The translations under genes were made by a program, and so were the position numbers. From an uncultured virus (IMG/VR IMGVR_UViG_3300025011_000039) (lineage: Duplodnaviria; Heunggongvirae; Uroviricota; Caudoviricetes), in IMG/VR virus record IMGVR_UViG_3300025011_000039: a stretch of 64,000 bases of DNA. The stretch is one strand, 5' to 3'. Numbering within the stretch: the stretch's first letter is position 1; each line of letters opens with the position of its first letter. Of this stretch, positions 59,113-64,000 are shown piece after piece. The notes under the pieces were generated by a model that was not told where the DNA came from, ran no database searches, and saw only the letters and a program-made list of their open reading frames with translations.

Positions 59113-60711
59113 TTAAAAACCTACAATATGTTCCTGTAACTTCTCGTATTCTTTCTCAAACGCAATGTTATTTAAAACTGCTGACTGCTCAGATAACGAC
59201 ATATCATCGGGAAAGTTAAACTTTTCATCCTTAGAAATGGGAGGTCTTGACATTACGCAATAGCGTAAACTTTCGTTGCTGTGCGTGACCTCGTGTGGAG
59301 TATCTGCCGCATCCTCAGAGTCGTTTTTATCATGTTCAAGTAACGGCAAGCAACGTATCATATTTTTACAGGTATCAAATATTTTTAGTTTAGCAGTAAA
59401 AATAGTCTCCGTCTTAATACCTTCATCTGTCATAATATCCTGCTTTTCTTCCCTAGCTAACAGATACTCTCTTACCGCCCTCCACCCTGCCTTACGCTCA
59501 TGCTTTGCTTTTCTCAGGTTATTTAGCCCGGCACGGTTCATTATCTCCCTGCCGCTTGTCCCTGTCTCTTGCCGTCTATTCCATAAGTCAGGAGAAGCAA
59601 CCGTATAACTTATTTTCTCGTCTTTGGGTGTCATGGAGATAATCTTTTTCGCCGCCTGACTAAGTGTTAAGTTTGGTTGATATAACTCACGATAAGCATA
59701 CATAATCCCTTCTGGTGATACTGCCCACCAGTGACAAGAACACATATCAAGTCCATAGTCTAAAGAGCAGAACCGTTTCCACCAGGACGGTATCTTAAAC
59801 GGTTTAACGACATGCACATCACGACGAAACTCTTTAAAGAACTGCCCTTCACCGGCAGTAAACGCCTCTTCTGGAGTCGCTGGATACTCTGCCATATAAC
59901 TATGAGGTAAGTCTTTTTTAACCTGCTCATACCACTCCTGGGTACGTCTAGGGTCGGTACTCCAAGGCATAAATATAGGCGTAAACGTATTTTCACCGTT
60001 GTACGCCTTCCAAAATATTTCCTCAAATAAGGTACCTTTTTTAGCGGTAGACAACCCAATAACCTGCCCACCAGTAGGACGATTAATAGTCGGGTAAGCA
60101 GCAGACCAAATATCTCTAGCGAACATCTGAAACGCCCATTCGTCGAGTATTACGAGGTTTGCCGTGAAAGAACGTCCACTGTCAGGACCAGCAGACATAG
60201 CGTTAAAAACAGCAGGTTCCTTGCCCTTATGGTAGATAGTAACCGACAATACTGTTGAATCCCATGTAGGGTTAGGGTATTGCTTAGGAGTACCCTTAAC
60301 GTGACGAATCATCCATGAAGGTAGGTACCTAAGAATAAAGCATATACGCCTAATAAGTTCCTTAGCATCTTCTTCCCTCTTAGATAGAGCAACAACAGAA
60401 TATCCAGGTCTAAATATAACCCCGTGCAATCCGTAAATAAGAGATAGCCAAGTAAAACCTAACTGCCTAGCTTTAAGAATAATCGACAACTTACTGTCAA
60501 TAATCTTCCTTAACGCTTCCTTCTGACCGTCCCATAAATTAAGTTTAGCAACTAGGTCAGGAACATCTCTATCCTCAATATAAGCGTATTTATCTATGAA
60601 ATACTCTACACTCTTAGAGGATTTACGATATTCTAATTCAACTTTCGCTGCCGCTTTTTCCCTTAACTTCTGAGCGGATAGTTTTTTCTTTTCCTTCTGT
60701 TGGTCAGTCAT
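59113..60711 (-). CDS. terL: terminase large subunit
   Basis: ILKARQLGFT, GRSFTANLVILDEWAF, LSTAK, EYPATPEEAF and SLDYG RNase H-like domain. Confidence 0.93.
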   Translation of the reverse strand: MTDQQKEKKKLSAQKLREKAAAKVELEYRKSSKSVEYFIDKYAYIEDRDVPDLVAKLNLWDGQKEALRKIIDSKLSIILKARQLGFTWLSLIYGLHGVIFRPGYSVVALSKREEDAKELIRRICFILRYLPSWMIRHVKGTPKQYPNPTWDSTVLSVTIYHKGKEPAVFNAMSAGPDSGRSFTANLVILDEWAFQMFARDIWSAAYPTINRPTGGQVIGLSTAKKGTLFEEIFWKAYNGENTFTPIFMPWSTDPRRTQEWYEQVKKDLPHSYMAEYPATPEEAFTAGEGQFFKEFRRDVHVVKPFKIPSWWKRFCSLDYGLDMCSCHWWAVSPEGIMYAYRELYQPNLTLSQAAKKIISMTPKDEKISYTVASPDLWNRRQETGTSGREIMNRAGLNNLRKAKHERKAGWRAVREYLLAREEKQDIMTDEGIKTETIFTAKLKIFDTCKNMIRCLPLLEHDKNDSEDAADTPHEVTHSNESLRYCVMSRPPISKDEKFNFPDDMSLSEQSAVLNNIAFEKEYEKLQEHIVGF

Positions 60712-61315
60712 AAGATCACCTTATTGTGACTAGATTAGTTTAATGTCGCCGATTTCTTTTTTAAGTCTGTCGGATAGATCCCATAATGCCTTGTTATTGT
60801 CTACCATAATTCCGGCCAAAGTGTATAGTTTTTCATACAATGTAACATCGTTATTCTTTGAACCACTTTCGCATGATACAGGATATGGTTGCCGCACAAC
60901 TCCTTCGAGTATAGAGATAACATTGCTGTTTTCATACACAGATTGGGTTATTGCCTCCAATGTGCTTTCTAGTGGGGTTAACTCCCTAGCGCATACAGGT
61001 TCATTCATCGGTGTAGATATATTACTATAACTTTTTAATTCATTATTCTGCGGAAAATTCATTTCAATTCCTCCATGTTCTCATTTAGTTTTCAGTATCA
61101 ATTCATTATCGTGAGACAATTTATGGATAGTATCCTTACTTATCTCAGTTATTGCTAGCGCATTAAAGTAACTATAAACATCATAGACAGTCATTGTAGT
61201 GCCGTCTTTAAGATGAAAGGTAACAATAAACTCGTCTATACTGTCAAAGTTTTCTTCCATCCAATTGATTAGTCCATTGACGGGGCCGGGAAATATGCGC
61301 TTAATATTATTCATC

Positions 61316-61735
61316 TCATTCACCATCTAATTTACTTCTTGGTTCTGCCAACAACATTTTTGGCTTTTCCGACCACCACGTATCAGGACACACTTTAATA
61401 TCTAAATGGTAGTCAATACAAAACTGTAAGTGTTTATGCACTTTTTCATATGATCTATGAAATACTCTGCCTAAATAAGCACCGTAATACTCCTGCTTTA
61501 TAGGTAGTTTTTTGAACATTTCTTCATATTTGTCAAGTGGCATTATTACCGATATATCTATATCCCTTGGAATTTCTTTATATAGAACTGAACCAACCAG
61601 ATAAACAGGATAGCCAAAATCATCCGCTGCTTTCTGAGCAAATTCTCTCAGTTTCAAAAAGTCACTCCAAGTAATAGGTTTATGATCATATCCATGCGGT
61701 TCTGCTTTACCTAAAATTGGTTCGTTCATAAACAT
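61316..61735 (-). CDS. minimal nucleotidyltransferase-like protein
   Basis: VYLVGS....PRDIDISV (GS, DxD) Pol-beta NTase signature plus a later LDIKV. Confidence 0.6.
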   Translation of the reverse strand: MFMNEPILGKAEPHGYDHKPITWSDFLKLREFAQKAADDFGYPVYLVGSVLYKEIPRDIDISVIMPLDKYEEMFKKLPIKQEYYGAYLGRVFHRSYEKVHKHLQFCIDYHLDIKVCPDTWWSEKPKMLLAEPRSKLDGE

Positions 61736-62139
61736 TCCTCATATTTACAATCACATGCCCAACCAGTAAACCAACCACTACCATCACTTAACTCGATATG
61801 AGTTTTGACCATAATGGTTTTACAGTCAGGACATATGGGGCGAGTGTCTTTGAGTATAATTTCACCAGAACCGTCACAGTTCAATAATGGAGAATATGCA
61901 GGAACACTTCTGGTAAAATATGAACACAAAGGAATATTTTTTTCGACTGGATTTTTCGAAACGTCACTATCTATGGGGTCAATTTCACCCGCCGCCAATA
62001 GTTCCTGAGTTTTCTTAACGATAGCGGCGGTTGCGTTGGAAAGAGTCTCGTGCTTTAAATTCATAAAAGCGTTTACATATTCCTCAATTGATGATTCTTT
62101 GATTTGTTCTGTCATTATTTACACCGTCCTCGGTTAAAT

Positions 62140-62460
62140 TTATTCATATTGTGGCAAGTACACAAAACTAGCACTAACAAATCTTCTAGGTTCAGACTTC
62201 TTGTCCATATGCACACCGGGAATAAAGGTAAGTGCCTCAGCAACCGCATAACTTCCGTCAGGATTCTTCTGTTGGGTAGATACCTGCACGATACAACCAC
62301 CAAATACATTACATACCTTAGTTGATTTCATCCATCCCTGAGACTCGCTAGAAGCCTTACAGAGCAGGGCAAATGTATCTCTATCACCGAACACTTTAAT
62401 GTCAGAGATATTTGCTTTTGCTGTTTTGATGCAGTCAATATCAAGGGTTTTACTTTCCAT
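62140..62460 (-). CDS. conserved phage hypothetical protein
   Basis: KASSESQGWMKSTK...GCIVQVSTQQ.NPDGSYAVAEALTF.PG; AAGGAG RBS. Confidence 0.6.
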   Translation of the reverse strand: MESKTLDIDCIKTAKANISDIKVFGDRDTFALLCKASSESQGWMKSTKVCNVFGGCIVQVSTQQKNPDGSYAVAEALTFIPGVHMDKKSEPRRFVSASFVYLPQYE

Positions 62461-62813
62461 TATCAGATCTCCTTTTTCCACTTAATTACATAACATTTCG
62501 GAGTTTAGTAAAATACGTAACTGTCTGGATGGTGATAGTATAAGGTACTGTTACCCGCCGCCGGAGTCCCGCCAATCCATACCGGGGGTGTTTGACCCCC
62601 ACCCCCTCTTTTTGGCGAATATCCTATCTAAATACGTGCGCTTGCGTCCCTGCTCGCGTATGCGCTGCGCTCTGTGCGTACAATACAGTGTCGCAACCCT
62701 GCGCCTGCGAAGGTGGGTAGATACGGTAAAACGTCCACCAGTGCAGGACATGGAACCAACAACCAAGCGAATATCCAAAAAACCCAGGAAATACGGCACT
62801 TTTGGCCTTATCT

Positions 62814-62841
62814 AGTTGACATAATGCTCATTATGAGAACG
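62814..62841 (-). other. dif-like XerC/XerD recombination site
   Basis: CGTTCTCATAA-TGAGCA-TTATGTCAACT (11-6-11); right arm has one mismatch to the B. subtilis dif arm TTATGTAAACT. Confidence 0.7.
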
Positions 62842-62885
62842 TAAATAGGTACAGCGCGTACATAGCTAAACGACTTTCGGGGTAA

Positions 62886-63347
62886 TTAGTCCTCCAACAA
62901 CTGCTCCAACTCCGCATCCGACATACCAGCTATGCGAACATCTACAGGTCCGCCGTCCGCGCCTGTCAACTCCAATTTTTGTGTATCAGACCACGAATCA
63001 GGTTTCCGATTTTTTAGCCAGGCCATGGCTGCGCCCGTGTCTGGTGGATAGTGCTTTTCTGTTGGCACAATAACCGGCAGACCATCATGGACAAATATTT
63101 TGTCCTCCGGATGTGAGTAACCTTTCGCTCTTTGATACAGACTTTGCGCTATTTCCGTGTCAGCAATTACCTTCCCTCTCTTTAAGGACTCGCAAAATAA
63201 TGGATATTCCAGCTTCCATCTATTTACAGTAGCTTCGTCAACCTCAAAGAAATCAGCTAAACTTTTGTCCGTTGCTCCCAACAGGCACAATTTATACGCC
63301 TGTTCGTTGTATTCTTCCTTGTACTTCGTCGGTCTTCCTGCTGGCAT
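62886..63347 (-). CDS. terS: terminase small subunit
   Basis: GRPTKY, LLGATD..LADFFEV...T...W, SLYQRAKGY, HYPPDT.A...WLKNR and ELTGADGGP motifs. Confidence 0.92.
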   Translation of the reverse strand: MPAGRPTKYKEEYNEQAYKLCLLGATDKSLADFFEVDEATVNRWKLEYPLFCESLKRGKVIADTEIAQSLYQRAKGYSHPEDKIFVHDGLPVIVPTEKHYPPDTGAAMAWLKNRKPDSWSDTQKLELTGADGGPVDVRIAGMSDAELEQLLED

Positions 63348-64000
63348 TCAACTCACTTCCTTCCTATAATACGAAAACTCACCTTCACCATCGGCAAAGG
63401 TCAATTCTCACATAATCTGTATCAGCTTCAAAACTCCTGCACCTGCCAATGCTGACACAAAAACAAGTACAACTACAACTTTAAGTATGTCCTTGCCTGT
63501 CGGAAAACCAAATCCCATGCTTTTCTCACCTCTCACAGCCTCGTACAGCCGCTTAAAATTGTTTTAAGTGGTTTAGTACCTACAAAATCAATCAGGCATT
63601 TCTATTTCCATTTCCATCAATGCCGTATTTTTCTTTGCTAATTTATGTCCTGCTTCTCTCAAACAGTCATTGCACGTAAAATAACACTGAAATATATTAG
63701 AAACAAATTTTACATAACTTTTCTTTGTTAGCGTTACTTCCATTGCATTATTACATTTCACACAATGAACTTTGGCTTGAAATAATGTCACTTTTCAGCA
63801 CTCCCAACACTTTAAAACATAGTTACCAAAACATCTTAGAGTAATAAGAGGAGTCTATTGCGTTCAAAACACCTTCTAGTCGTTGTCGCTATTGGCCTAA
63901 GAGGTATCTTTGATATGTAGTCCACAGACTACATGAAATGCCACTATAGGTATACTACAGACTACATGTTATAAGTCGGTTGTAGTCCAGCAAACACAAG

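Larger units (their letters stand above)
1..64000. mobile_element. Tailed bacteriophage genome segment (podovirus-like morphogenesis module, Bacillota host, probably temperate or phage-plasmid)
   Basis: Terminase, portal, scaffold, capsid, tail, lysis, CI/Cro and replication modules span the window; no host housekeeping genes are present. Confidence 0.95.

Noticed and set aside
36978..60071. Numerous plus-strand and alternate-frame ORFs within the structural genes
   Set aside because: They are shadows of long minus-strand genes, without RBS or recognisable motifs
62551..62815. ORFs in the GC-rich stretch downstream of terS
   Set aside because: No RBS and low-complexity translations; probably non-coding (possible packaging or recombination region), and no function can be supported

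Overview
This 64 kb window is most of the genome of a tailed phage infecting a spore-forming, S-layered Bacillota host, judged from the SLH-domain endolysin and the Spo0A and AbrB homologues. Nearly all genes are on the minus strand. From right to left: terS; small accessory genes; terL; portal; scaffold; major capsid; a podovirus-type (P22-like) tail with GLUG fibre proteins and large ejection proteins; an accessory island (about 32.7-36.9 kb); lysis genes; tRNA-Asn and candidate small RNAs; an FtsK plus replication-relaxation module; a CI/Cro switch; then recombination, replication and nucleotide-metabolism genes, a RuvC-like resolvase and an ArpU-like late regulator. No integrase is visible. 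A dif-like site, a Par/TubY-like protein and an iteron cassette suggest a phage-plasmid or Xer-dependent lifestyle. The most striking locus is 35.0-36.2 kb. A stand-alone Cas7/RAMP-like gene is followed by an HNH nuclease gene and two non-coding tracts with strict 5-nt periodicity (variable NN + GGH; 19 and 17 units), separated by two hairpins and closed by a perfect 40-bp palindrome. This looks like a non-CRISPR RNA-guided system (VIPR-like) coupled to a nuclease. All product calls come from motif recognition by eye; no database searches were run.
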